Assembly (NCBI GenBank): GCA_963845755.1
Contig: CAWJTV010000010.1
Span: 1 to 64,000, forward strand
DNA length: 64,000 bases
Direction: 5' to 3'
DNA from: an uncultured Planctomycetota bacterium
GTDB taxonomy: Bacteria; Planctomycetota; Planctomycetia; Isosphaerales; Isosphaeraceae
In this document: positions 31,089-42,800 of the stretch, in pieces
Layout: every line of letters begins with the position of its first letter
How positions within the stretch are numbered: the stretch's first letter is position 1
Program-made: the position numbers and the translations under genes
The notes under the pieces: model-generated
Told to the model about the DNA's origin: nothing
Databases searched by the model: none
The model's input: the letters and a program-made list of their open reading frames with translations, nothing else

Positions 31089-32691
31089 TTGACCGCACGC
31101 GGAGTATCATCAGTGGTTCTGGTTTCGAACGACACCGTAGACTGGGAGGAAGCACTGGGGCGAATCGGGAAGTCGTTTCTCGTGGCCAATCGGTCCGGCC
31201 AGTACCGGGTGATGGCTGAGGCTCCAGGAATCCTGCACGAGGACGTGGAGATCGCCGCACAGGTTCCGGCCTGTCGGCTGGAGTCTCTCGGGGACAGCTC
31301 CTTCGTGGCGGAGCATCGCCTCAAATACCCTTGCATGTCGGGTGCGATGGCCAACGGGATCGGGTCGATCGAGGTCGTCGAGGCGATGGGCCGGAAGGGT
31401 TTTCTCGGCGTATTCGGCTCGGCAGGACTCCACCCGGACGTGGTGGAGACGGCAATTCACCGTCTCCAGAGCGACCTCGGAGATTCCACGCCCTTCGCGA
31501 TGAACCTGATCCACAGCCCCGGTGAGCCCGAGCTCGAGTCGACGATCGTCGATTTGTATCTCGGTCGGAGAGTTCGGCTGGTGGAGGCCTCGGCGTTCCT
31601 GAACCTGACCCTGCCGCTGGTCCGGTACCGGGTCGCCGGGATTCGCCTGGATAAGTCGGGACGAGTCGTAGCTCCAAACCGGATCATCGCCAAGATCTCG
31701 CGGGTCGAGGTGGCCTCGAAATTCATGGCTCCGCCGCCGGCCAAGTTCCTCAGCGACCTGGTTGCAAGGGGCGATCTCACTGCGGACCAGGCGGAATGGG
31801 CCGGTCGGATCCCCATGGCAGAAGATATCACCGCCGAAGCCGACTCGGGGGGACATACCGACAATCAGCCGGCCATCGTCCTGTTGCCGACGATGCTCGC
31901 CCTGCGTAACCAGATGCAGGCTCAACATGGCTACGAGCGTCCCTTGCGAGTTGGTGCCGCGGGCGGCATCTCCACGCCCTGGGCGGCAGCCGCGGCGCTC
32001 GCCATGGGCGCCGCATACCTTGTAACGGGTTCGGTCAACCAGTCTTGCGTGGAGGCAGGCACATCCGACGTGGTTCGGCGGATGCTCGCTCAGGCCCAGC
32101 AGGCCGATGTCGCCATGGCCCCGGCTGCGGACATGTTTGAGATGGGGGTGAAGGTCCAGGTGCTGAAGCGGGGCACGCTGTTTGCCATGCGCGCCGCCAA
32201 GCTCTACGAGCTTTATCGGACCCATGGGGGGCTGGATCAACTGCCTGCATCCGAGCGGGCGGCGCTCGAGAAGACGATTTTCCGAGCTCCGATCGAGGCG
32301 ATCTGGGAGCAGACCCGAGAATACTTCCGGCAGCGCGATCCGACCCGGATCGAGCAAGCCCATCGAGAACCTAAGCAGAAGATGGCGTTGGTCTTCCGGT
32401 GGTATCTCGGTATGTCCTCGCGCTGGGCCAACAGCGGCGAGCCGTCGCGAACAGTGGATTATCAGATCTGGTGCGGTCCGGCGATGGCCGCCTTCAATGA
32501 CTGGGTGCGCGGGTCGTTCCTGGAGCGTCCCGAGAATCGGCAGGTCGCGACCGTCGCCTTGAACATCCTCTACGGCGCAGGCCGTGCTGATGCGTGCGCG
32601 GATCCTCAATGCCCAGGGAATCGGCCTGGCACCGGGAATCCCTCGACTCGCCCCGCTGGACTTCATCGCGATCGAGAACCGGCTTCAATAG
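31089..32691 (+). CDS. pfaD: PfaD-family enoyl reductase of PUFA synthase; start uncertain; frameshift near 32580
   Basis: GAMANGI, VEASAF, AKISRVEVA, EADSGGHTDN, APAADMFEMG, DYQIWCGPAM. Confidence 0.92.
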
Positions 32692-32830
32692 GCAGAACCT
32701 GATGGGCCGCCGGACGGGTTGCGGGACATCTCGTCACGCTTGACCACAACCCGGTTACAGTCCATCCCCAACCCGCCGTCCGGACCTGAAACCTGGCGTT
32801 CCGTGCGTCGGATGAGCTAATCTCTTACAC

Positions 32831-32860
32831 TGCCTATTGCCTACTGCCTACTGCCTACTG
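32831..32860 (+). repeat. Heptamer tandem repeat (TGCCTAY)x4
   Basis: TGCCTAT TGCCTAC TGCCTAC TGCCTAC TG immediately upstream of pfaA. Confidence 0.85.
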
Positions 32861-32876
32861 TCGAAAGGGCTAAGAT

Positions 32877-35800
32877 TTGAATCCGTCCGACCCGTCGCCG
32901 CAGGTGCCGGTGGCCATCATCGGCATGGGCTGCCTGTTTCCCCAAGCGGAGGGCCTCGCGCGCTACTGGGCCGCGATCCGCAAGGGCGTGGACGCGATCA
33001 CCGATATACCCGAGTCGCACTGGTCGGTTTCCGATTACTTCTCCTCCGATCCCAAGTCGCCGGATCGAACGTACGCACGGCGGGGCGGCTTCTTGAGCCC
33101 GGTCGAATTCCCGGCTCTGGAGTTCGGGATCGCGCCGAACACCATCGAGGCGACCGACACGACCCAACTCCTGGGCCTACTGGTCGCCCGTCAGGCGCTC
33201 GATGACGCCGGCTACGATGCCCATCGCTCGCTGGACCGCGACCGGGTGAGCGTCATCCTGGGCGTTACCGGCACCCTCGAATTGGTTATCCCCCTGGGCG
33301 CCCGGCTGGGGCACCCGATCTGGCGACGCGCGCTGCAGGCGGCCGGGGTCAACGAATGCACCACCGAGGATGTCGTTCGCCGCATCGCCGAATCCTACGT
33401 GGGCTGGCAGGAGAACTCGTTCCCCGGCCTCCTGGGGAATGTTGTCGCCGGCCGGATCGCCAATCGCCTGGACCTTCGCGGCACCAACTGTGTCGTCGAT
33501 GCCGCCTGCGCCAGCTCGCTCGGGGCCGTCAACCTCGCCATCCTCGAACTCGCCGCCGGCCGATGCGACCTCGCCGTGACCGGAGGGCTGGACACTTTCA
33601 ATGACATATTTATGTATATGTGTTTTAGTAAGACGCCGGCGTTGTCCCCGACCGGGGAGGCGCGCCCGTTCGACGCGGAGGCCGACGGGACGATCCTGGG
33701 CGAGGGGCTGGGGGTCGTGGTCCTGAAGCGCCTGGAGGACGCGCGTCGGGACGGGGACCGGGTGTATGCGGTGATTCGCTCGGTCGGGACCTCGAGCGAC
33801 GGCAAGGGCCAGGCGGTCTATGCGCCGAGCGCCGCGGGCCAGGCGCAGGCCTTGCGGCGCGCCTACGCGATGGCCGGAATCTCGCCCGCGACGGTCGGGA
33901 TGGTCGAGGCGCATGGGACGGGGACCCGGGTCGGAGACGCGACCGAGCTGTCGGCCCTGGAGGAGGTGTACCACGGCGAGCGTCGGGGCGATGCCTGGTG
34001 CTGCGCTGGGGTCGGTCAAGTCGCAGGTCGGCCACACCAAGGCCGCCGCGGGGGCAGCCGGCCTGATCAAGGCCGCCCTGGCGCTGCACCACAAGGTCCT
34101 GCCGCCGACGCTGAAGGTCCGGCGGCCGTTGGAATCACTGGCCGGCGGTCAGTCCCCTTTTTACCTCAATACTGAGGCGCGCCCGTGGTTGTCGAACCCC
34201 GACGGCCCGCGCCGCGCGGCAGTCAGCGCCTTCGGGTTCGGCGGCAGCAATTATCACTGCGTGCTGGAGGAGGCCGAACCGGATAAACCCGGGGTCAACT
34301 GGGACGGCGATGTGCAGATCCTCGCCTTTTCCGCCGACAATCCTGCCGAGGTCGTGCAGGCACTGAACACGCTGGCGGGTCTCAGCGACTGGCCGGCGAT
34401 TCGAATTCTCGCCGCGGAGAGCCGAGAGCGTTTTCGATCGGAACATCGTTATCGCCTGCTGCTGGTCGCGTCGCATGACCCTCGGTCGGCCGAACTCGGA
34501 AGGCTGAAGCTGCAGCCCTCGGCCTTCAGCCTTCGGCCTTCCGAAAAAGCCTTCCAGAAAAGCCTCGCGCCTTTTTTCGAGGCGTTCCCCCTTCAGCCTT
34601 CAGCCTTCAGCCTTCAACCATTCCTGGGTGTGGGTCCGCGTCCGGGTGCGCTCGCCTTCCTCTTTCCCGGCCAGGGCTCGCAATACGTCGGCATGCTGCG
34701 CGAGCTGGCGTGCGTCTTCCCCCGCATGCATCACGCGCTGGCGCGGATCAACCGATTTTTCGCGGATGATCCGTGTTTGCTGACCGATCACGTTTATCCA
34801 CCTGCCGCGTTCGACGAGGAATGCGTTCGAGCCAGGGATGTGGTCCTGCGGGACACTCGATTCGCCCAGCCGGCGATCGGGGCGGTCAGCCTGGGTTTAC
34901 TGAGAATCCTCGAGGATTTCAGCGTACGCCCGGATCTCGTCGGTGGCCACAGTTTTGGCGAGCTGACGGCCCTGCGGGCCGCCGGTCGCATCGATGATTC
35001 TAGCCTGGCAACTCTCGCTCATCTCCGCGGCGACTTCATGGCCCGCTATGCCGCGGAGGGATCGGGTGCGATGCTCGCGGTCTTCGCGCCGATCGCCGAG
35101 GTCTCGGACCTGATCCGTGAGAGGAACCTGGATGTCATCATCGCCAACAAGAATGCACCTCGGCAGTGTGTGCTATCGGGTCCGTCCTTGGAGATCGAGC
35201 GATGTCACCGGCTCCTTTCCGATCGTCGGATCGCGACCCGTGCCGTCCCGGTCTCGGCCGCATTCCACAGCCGCCTCGTCGCCGGTGCCGAGGCTCCGTT
35301 CCGGCTTTCTCTCGATTCGGTGAACTTCCAGTCCTCAACGATCCCCGTATTCGCCAACAAGACGGCCGAACCCTATCCGGACGATGCCGGATCGGCTCGA
35401 GAACTCCTTGCCAGCCAGCTCGTGTCTCCAGTTGAGTTCGTCGCTCAGGTCGAGGCAATGTACCGTCATGGCGCCGGACGTTTCTGGAAGTCGGCCCCCA
35501 GGCGAAGCTCACGGGACTGGTCGGCTCGATCCTCGAAGGGCGCGAGCACGACGCGATATCCGTTGAACGCTTCGGTCGGGTCGATCGGGAACATGAATGA
35601 TCTGGCCTGCGCGCTCGCAACCCTGGCCTCGCTGGGTTATGCTGTTAACCTGAAACGTTGGGATGAAGGGGGACCTGCGCGGACAGTGCCGGCCGGGAAA
35701 CCGGGGCCGACCGTGCGTATCTCCGGCGCCAACGCCCGACCGAAGGACCGACGCTCCGAGAGGCCGGCACCGAAACCGGCGACCGTCATGCCGCATACGG

Positions 35801-38800
35801 AGCAGTCCGGTCAGATTGCGGCTCAGGAGCGGTCGCCACGATTCGGCTTCCCGGAGACGCCGCACACAACGATGCCCCAGCCCCAGCCGCGACCTCACGC
35901 CGAGAACCATCGAACGATGAACCCACCGGAACGGTCCCCTTCGCATCACTCGAATGGCCTGGCCTCCTCGCACGCTCGGCATCCCGAGCAGGTCCTTGAA
36001 GCCCACGACCCGTCCCGGGCTCGATCTCAGGCGCAGGGCGTCCCCGCGCCGACCGGCTTGGAGTATGCTTTCCTCGCGACCCAGGAGAACCTGGCCTCTC
36101 TGCAACGGCTGGCCGAGCAGACTGCCGATCTCCACCGCCAGTTCCTGGAGGGTCAGGAGCGGACCCAGCAAACCTTTCTCAAGCTCCTCGAAAATCAGCA
36201 GGGTCTCTTGCGTTCGAGACCCGATGCGGCCGAGCCGGCTTCCTTGCGACGGACCGACCGGACCCATGAGACTGCCACGTCGGTCCGCTCGACCGGCTTA
36301 CCACCTGAGCGATCCGGGATCGCCGAGCCCGATCCGCCCTCCGAGGCGAAACCGCATGTCGTTTCGACCGATGACGCAACGAGGGCGTTGATCGACGTGG
36401 TCGCGGAGAAGACAGGCTACCCTCCCGAGGCGCTGGATCTCGATATGCAGCTCGACGCCGACCTGGGCATCGACTCGATCAAGCGTGTCGAGATCCTCTC
36501 CGCCTTTCAGGAGCGGTACCCCGCGGTTCGGGCTCCCGGGCCGGAGCAGGTCGGCTCTTTCCGGACCCTCAGGTCCATCGCGGAGTTCATGCTCCGCCAT
36601 CCGGTGGAAAAGGCGTCCGGGCCGTGGACACCGCTCGACGGAGGTCCTGCCGGAACGGCCGACGAGACCCGTCACTCGACGGAGCACCTGGAGAACCTGT
36701 CTCAGACGCTGCTGGAAACCGTGGCCGAGAAGACGGGATATCCGGCCGACATGCTCGAGCTCGACATGCGGCTCGATGCCGACCTGGGCATCGACTCGAT
36801 CAAGCGCGTCGAGATCCTCTCCGCCCTGCAGGACCGATTCCCCGGACTCCCCCCTGTCGGACCCGAGCGGATCGGGACTCTCGGAACCTTGCGCGAGATC
36901 GTCTCCTTCCTGGCCCAGGCCGGCGCGGATTCGGATAGGCGAGACGTCGAGGACGCCGGGCGGACCGTGACTTCCCCGCCGGTATCGGCTCGGCGCAGCC
37001 GACCGCGCCCGACGATTCGATGGTGAACGTGCTGCGGGAAGTGGTTGCGGAGAAGACCGGGTATCCTGTCGAGATGCTCGAGCTCGATATGCAGCTCGAC
37101 GCCGATCTCGGTATCGACTCGATCAAGCGCGTCGAGATCCTCTCCTCGGTCCAGGATCGGTTTCCCGCGATCCGCACGATCGGGCCCGAGCACACTGCGG
37201 CGCTACAGACGCTCCGCGAGATCGCCGCGTTCCTGTCGGCTCCGATCGGTGCGGCCGCCACTCCTTCGCCGGCGCGAGAACATGGCGAGTTACTGGGAAA
37301 CGGCCAGAACGGGAAACTCGTCCACGCGAGCGGCCACACGACCAGCGTCGAGCCGTCGCGGAATGGTCATGGACATCCCGACGCGCAAGCTGTCGTTTTG
37401 AGGCGACTTGAAGCGCGTCTGGTGCCGATGAGCACGCCCGACCGTCGGGAGGCCCTGCGGCTGCCGGCCGGGGGAACGTTCTGGATCACCGATGATGGTT
37501 CTGCCTTGACCGACGCGCTGTGTTCCCTTTTGCTGGACCGAGGCTATCGTCCCCGGGTTATTCCGATGGCGGTCGAAAGCGTCGATCCCCCGGTACCCGA
37601 GGATAACCTAAGCGGCGTGATCGTCCTGTCACCGAGCCATCGACCCGATTCGAGGTTCATCCCAGCCGCGTTCCGGACGATCCGCGCCGCCGGCACGGCG
37701 CTCGAGCGGTCGGGCGAGCAAGGAGGTGCCGCGCTGTTGACCGTTTCGAGGCTCGACGGCCAGTTCGGATTCCATGGTCTGGAAGGGAGGATCAACCCGT
37801 CCTCCGGCGCCCTGGCGGGGCTGGCCAAGACGGCGGCCAAGGAGTGGCCAAGGGTCCATTGCAAGGCCGTCGATCTGGATGTCGCCATGGATTCGCCCGA
37901 GAGCGCGGCCGGCCGGATTGTAGATGAGCTCTTGATGCGCGGTCCGGCCGAGGTCGGACTGGGCGCGCACGGACGCGTCACGCTCGAGATGGCTCAAGTC
38001 CCGGAACCGGTCGCCAACCTGCGTCGGATCCCCCGTCTGGAGTGCGGTGACCTCGTGGTCGTTACCGGAGGTGCGCGGGGGATCACCGCCGAAGTCGCCG
38101 TCGCCCTCGCCGAATCCTACCAGCCTCGTCTGCTCGTGCTCGGCCGCACCCCCGCTCCGGACGACGGCGACGATCGATTCGAGGACTGCCGAGACGAGGT
38201 CGAGGTGACGCGACTCTTGATGGCGCGATCGGACCGGGACCGGTCGCCGCGAGCGATCGCCGCACAGGCTCGCGAGGTCGTCGCCCGGCGCGAGATTCGC
38301 CGCAACCTCTCTCGCATCGCCGCGGCCGGCTCGCCGGCCTTGTATCGCTCGGTTAACGTGCGGGACCAGGCCGCCGTGCGGCGGACGATCGCCTGGAGTC
38401 GCGACGAATTCGGCCCGGTTCGCGGGTTGATCCACGGCGCGGGCGTCCTGGCCGATCGGAGGATCGTCGACCAGACCGATGCCCAGTTCCAGGAGGTCCT
38501 CGACACCAAGGTCGAGGGCCTGCTCCACCTGTTCGAGGCGATCGATCCCGAGGCGCTCCGGGTTCTGGCCCTCTTTTCGTCGTCGACGGCGCGGTTTGGC
38601 CGGATCGGCCAGGTGGCCTATGCAGCCGCGAACGAGTATCTCAACAAGTGGGCTCAGCAGGCGGCCGTCCATCTGCCGCATTGCCGCGTCGTCTCGTTCA
38701 ACTGGGGGCCGTGGTCAGGGGGCATGGTCTCGAGTGCGCTCCGGCCGATGTTCGAGAAGGAGGGGCTCACGCTGATCCCCCCCGAGGCTGGCGCGAAGCT

Positions 38801-39811
38801 TGTCCTCGACGAGATCGACCGTCCGTATCACGGTCGAGCTCCTGTCGAGATCGTCGTTCTGGCCGAGCCCGCGTCGTCTCCCATCGCGCCTTCGGCACCG
38901 TCCTCGACCACAGTCGCTGACCCGGGCCCCCAGAAACCGCAGGTGGCATTCCGTCGCGCGATCAACCTCGAGACGCTTCCGATCCTGGCCGATCACGTCA
39001 TCGACGGCCATGCGGTGCTGCCGATGGCGATGATCCTCGAGTGGGCTGCCGAGGCGGCGCTCCACAGAAACCCGGGTCTGGTCGTGTGCGGCGTTCAACC
39101 AGCTTCGCCTGTTCAAGGGGGTGGTCCTCAACGGCCTCGAGACGGCGACCATCGACATGTTGGCCGCAAGAGCGGTGCGGAGGGGCGGAGAGTTCGTCGT
39201 CCCCGTCGAGTTGCGCGGGATGCTGGACAACGGCCGGGAGATCGTTCATGCGCGGGCCGACGTCCTACTCGCCGATCGCTACCCGAGCGGGACGAAACAA
39301 CTGGGCGATCGGGCCTTACCGCGCCATCGGTCGTCCCGAGAGGAGATCTACAGCGAGGTCTTGTTCCATGGGCCGGCGATGCAGGGGATCGAGCATGTCG
39401 AAGGATCCGGCGATCGAGCGATCGCAGGCTGGATCACGACGGCGCCACCGCCCTCGGATTGGATGGATCGACCTTTGCGATCACGGTGGCTGACGGATCC
39501 CCTGGCCATCGATTGCGCCTTCCAGCTCGTCGTCCTCTGGACTCGAGAGCATCTTGGGGCGAACTCGCTGCCGACCTCGGTAGGGCGATACCGCCAGTTC
39601 CGCGCCAGCTTTGGGGACGGGGGCGTGCCGCGTGATCGCCGAGATCCGGCAGGCTGGCGAAGCCAGGGCGGTGGCCGACATCGAATTCCTCGACGGCCGC
39701 GGCGAGCTTGTCGCCCGGCTCGACTCTTACGAATGCGTCGTTAACCACTCGCTCAATCAGGCGTTCCGGCGCAACCAACGGATCGTCCCTTCCCCTCTCG
39801 TGGCGAGCTGA
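32877..39811 (+). CDS. pfaA: PfaA-type iterative synthase KS-AT-ACPx3-KR-DH; several frameshifts (about 34005, 35480-35560, 36990, 39100, 39630)
   Basis: KS DAACASS, HGTGT, GHTK; AT GQGSQ, GHSFG, AFHS; three LGIDSIKRVEIL ACPs; KR GGARGIT, YAAAN; DH HVIDGHAVLP. Confidence 0.92.
34498..34619 (+). repeat. Heptamer (CCTTCRG)n repeat cluster inside pfaA, in frame
   Basis: CAGCCCT CGGCCTT CAGCCTT CGGCCTT (34513-34540) and CCTTCAG x3 CCTTCAA (34590-34617), with an inverted copy GAAGGCTGAAG at 34499. Confidence 0.8.
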
Positions 39812-39814
39812 GCG

Positions 39815-42800
39815 ATGCAGGTCGAATCCATGACGGAACACGCCGTCGCGATCGTCGGCATCGGGGGCTGCTTCGCGGCTGCTCCTTCCCTTGACCGGCT
39901 CTGGTCGATCCTGCGTGAGGGCAGGGACGTCACGAGCGAGGTGCCCACCGGTCGATGGCTCATCGATCCCGCGGAGGCGTTCGATCGACGGGTCGCCCTG
40001 GCGGATCACGTCTATACGACTCGGGGCGGTTTCGTCGAGGGTCCGCCTATCGAGCTGATGGGAAGCGGCCTCAATCCCGAACGGTTGGAACGGCTGGATC
40101 CCCTGGTTCACCTCGCCCTGTCGGCGGCCGGCCAGGCATGGCGGGATGCGCGATCCGAGCCGATCGATCGCCGTCGCACGGGCGTTGTGCTTGGCAACAT
40201 CGTCCTGCCCACAGAGACGGCCTCCGCCCTCTCCCGTGAGGTTCTGGGGCGTGCCTTCGAAGACGCGTTGTTGCCGGCTGTTGCCGCGGAGAAACGGGAC
40301 GCGCCGGGAGCCATCCCCTACACCTCTCACGCCGCAAGCGAGCCGTTGAACGCGTTCCCTGCGGGCTTGCCGGCCGCCATGGTGGCCGAAGCGCTGGGAC
40401 TGGGGGGCGTGGCGTTCACGCTCGACGCCGCCTGTGCATCGTCGCTCTTCGCCCTCAAACTGGCCGTCGATGAGCTCCGGTCCGGACGCGCCGATGCCAT
40501 GATCAGCGGGGGGGTCTCGCGTCCCGATGCACTCTACACTCAGATGGGTTTCTCTCAGCTTCGGGCGCTCTCGCCGCGGGGCAAAGCCGCTCCGCTCGAC
40601 CACAGAGGCGACGGCCTCATCGTCGGCGAGGGGGCCGGGATGTTCGTCCTCAAGCGACTGGCGGACGCCGTGAGTCACGGGGACCACATCTATGGAATCG
40701 TGGCGGGAATCGGACTTTCCAATGACGTCCATGGCGACTTGCTGGCCCCCGATTCCGAGGGGCAGGTCCGCGCCATGCGACAAGCTTACGAACAAGCCCG
40801 CTGGACCCCGGGCGACGTAGACCTGATCGAATGTCATGCCACGGGAACCCCGCGCGGCGATGCCGTCGAATTCCAGAGTCTGAAGTCGCTCTGGGGAGAG
40901 TCTGGGTGGCGTCCCGGTCAATGCGTCATCGGATCGGTCAAAGGGAATATCGGCCACGCGCTCACCGCGGCCGGCGCCGCCGGATTGCTCAAGGTCTTGC
41001 TGGCCCTCAAGCATGGCCTGTTCCCTCCGACGGCGAATTTCGAACGGCCCGCCCGGACACTGGGATTGGAGCAGAGTCCATTCCGAGTCTTGAGCCGAGC
41101 CGAGCCCTGGCCGACCCGGGGGCCGGGCCGGCCCAGGCGCGCCGCCGTCAGCGGCTTCGGCTTCGGGGGTATCAATGCCCATGTGCTGATCGAAGAATGG
41201 AGCGGGACGGGTTGGGCGGATACCGGAGACTCCCGCCCAGCAGTTGACGCGTCGGTCGCCATCGTCGGCATCGCGGCACAGGTGGGCCCGTTGGAGGGCC
41301 GGCCGGCAATTCGGGCCCTCGTTCTCGGCGGACAGGAGGACGAGTCCAGCTCGGGGCCCGGATTGACCTCGATGGAGTTCCGCCTGGACGAGTTCCGCAT
41401 TCCACCCACGGAGCTTGCCGAGATGTTGCCTCAGCAGTCGCTGATGCTTCGCGTCGCGGCCGCCGCGATCCGCGACTCCGGATGGGACCAGAGACTGGCC
41501 CTTCGCACGGGCGTGCTCATCGGGATCGGGTTGGACTTGAATACCACGAACTTTCACCTGCGATGGTCGCTCCCCGACCGAGCCCGAGAGTGGAACCGAG
41601 TGCTCGGGCTCGATCTATCTCCCGAGGCACTCGCGCGCTGGATCGATGAGCTGCGCCAGGCGGCGGGGCCGGCCTTGACGGCCAATCGTACGATGGGCTC
41701 TCTGGGTGGGCTCGTGGCCAGCCGGATCGCTCGCGAGTTCCAGGTCGGTGGGCCTACCTTCACGATTTCTTGCGACGAAACCTCGGGAAACCAGGCCATG
41801 GCGATCGCGGTCGGGTGGCTCCAGCGCGGAGAGCTGGATGCGGCGATCGTCGGAGCAGTTGACCTGGCCAGCGATCCTCGCGCGGTGCTGTCGCGCGCAA
41901 CGGCTGGGGCTCGAGCAGCCGAACGAGGCGTCCGACATGGCCGTCTCGTTGGTGCTCAAGCGGCTCGAAGACGCGCAACGGGATGGCGATCGGGTCTACG
42001 CGGTGATTCGTGACCTGGGCGCGAGCCGAGGCGAGCTCCACGCGGCGCCTTCTCTGAATACGCCTTCGGTGCTGACAGAGCACCCTACTCCACGCTGCGT
42101 AATGCTCCAGTCGCTGGTCGGCGAGGCGGGAGCGGCGGCCGGGCTGGCTTCGGTCGCCAAGTCCGCGCTCTGTCTTCATCATCAGATCCTGTCTGGAGTG
42201 CGAGATAACCACCACACCCGGCCTCACTCCAATCCGGTTGCGTCCCAGTTCTGGTTGATCAACCGGGCCGATGGTCCGCGACGAGTCAGAGTCAGCGCAT
42301 CGAGTCTCATCGGCAACCGCCATGACGCGGTCCTCGAAGAGTGTCCGAGCCGAAAGGATGTGTTCGACCGAATCGGCGCAGCCGTTGGTTACACGGCGGC
42401 TTGCCCTCTTCGCGATCGAGTCTGACGAAGCCACCGAGTTCTCCGAGCGCATTCGAGAACTGATGCACATGGCGCGGGAGACTTCTGATGAGCCTATCGA
42501 TTCCCTGGCACGGAGATGGTGGCAGCGTCATCCCAACGATCCACGGCTCGGACGAGGCGTGGCGATCGTCGCCGATGGCATCGAGGTCCTGGAACGTCAC
42601 CTGGATCGCCTGGCGCACGGCGAGCAGGGCGAAATCGTAGAGCCATTATCATCCATTCCGGGATTGGCGATCGGACACTCGGAATCGATGCCAAGGCGCG
42701 TGGCCTTCGTGTACCCCGGGCTGGGCAATCAATTCGACGGGATGGCTCGGGAACTGTCCCTCCTCTGGCCGGAGATCGTCCGGCGGCAGGGATCCGAGAA

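Noticed and set aside
36385..37240. Three similar DNA blocks as mobile repeats or diversity-generating template/variable repeats
   Set aside because: They are the tandem ACP domains of PfaA; no reverse transcriptase in the window.
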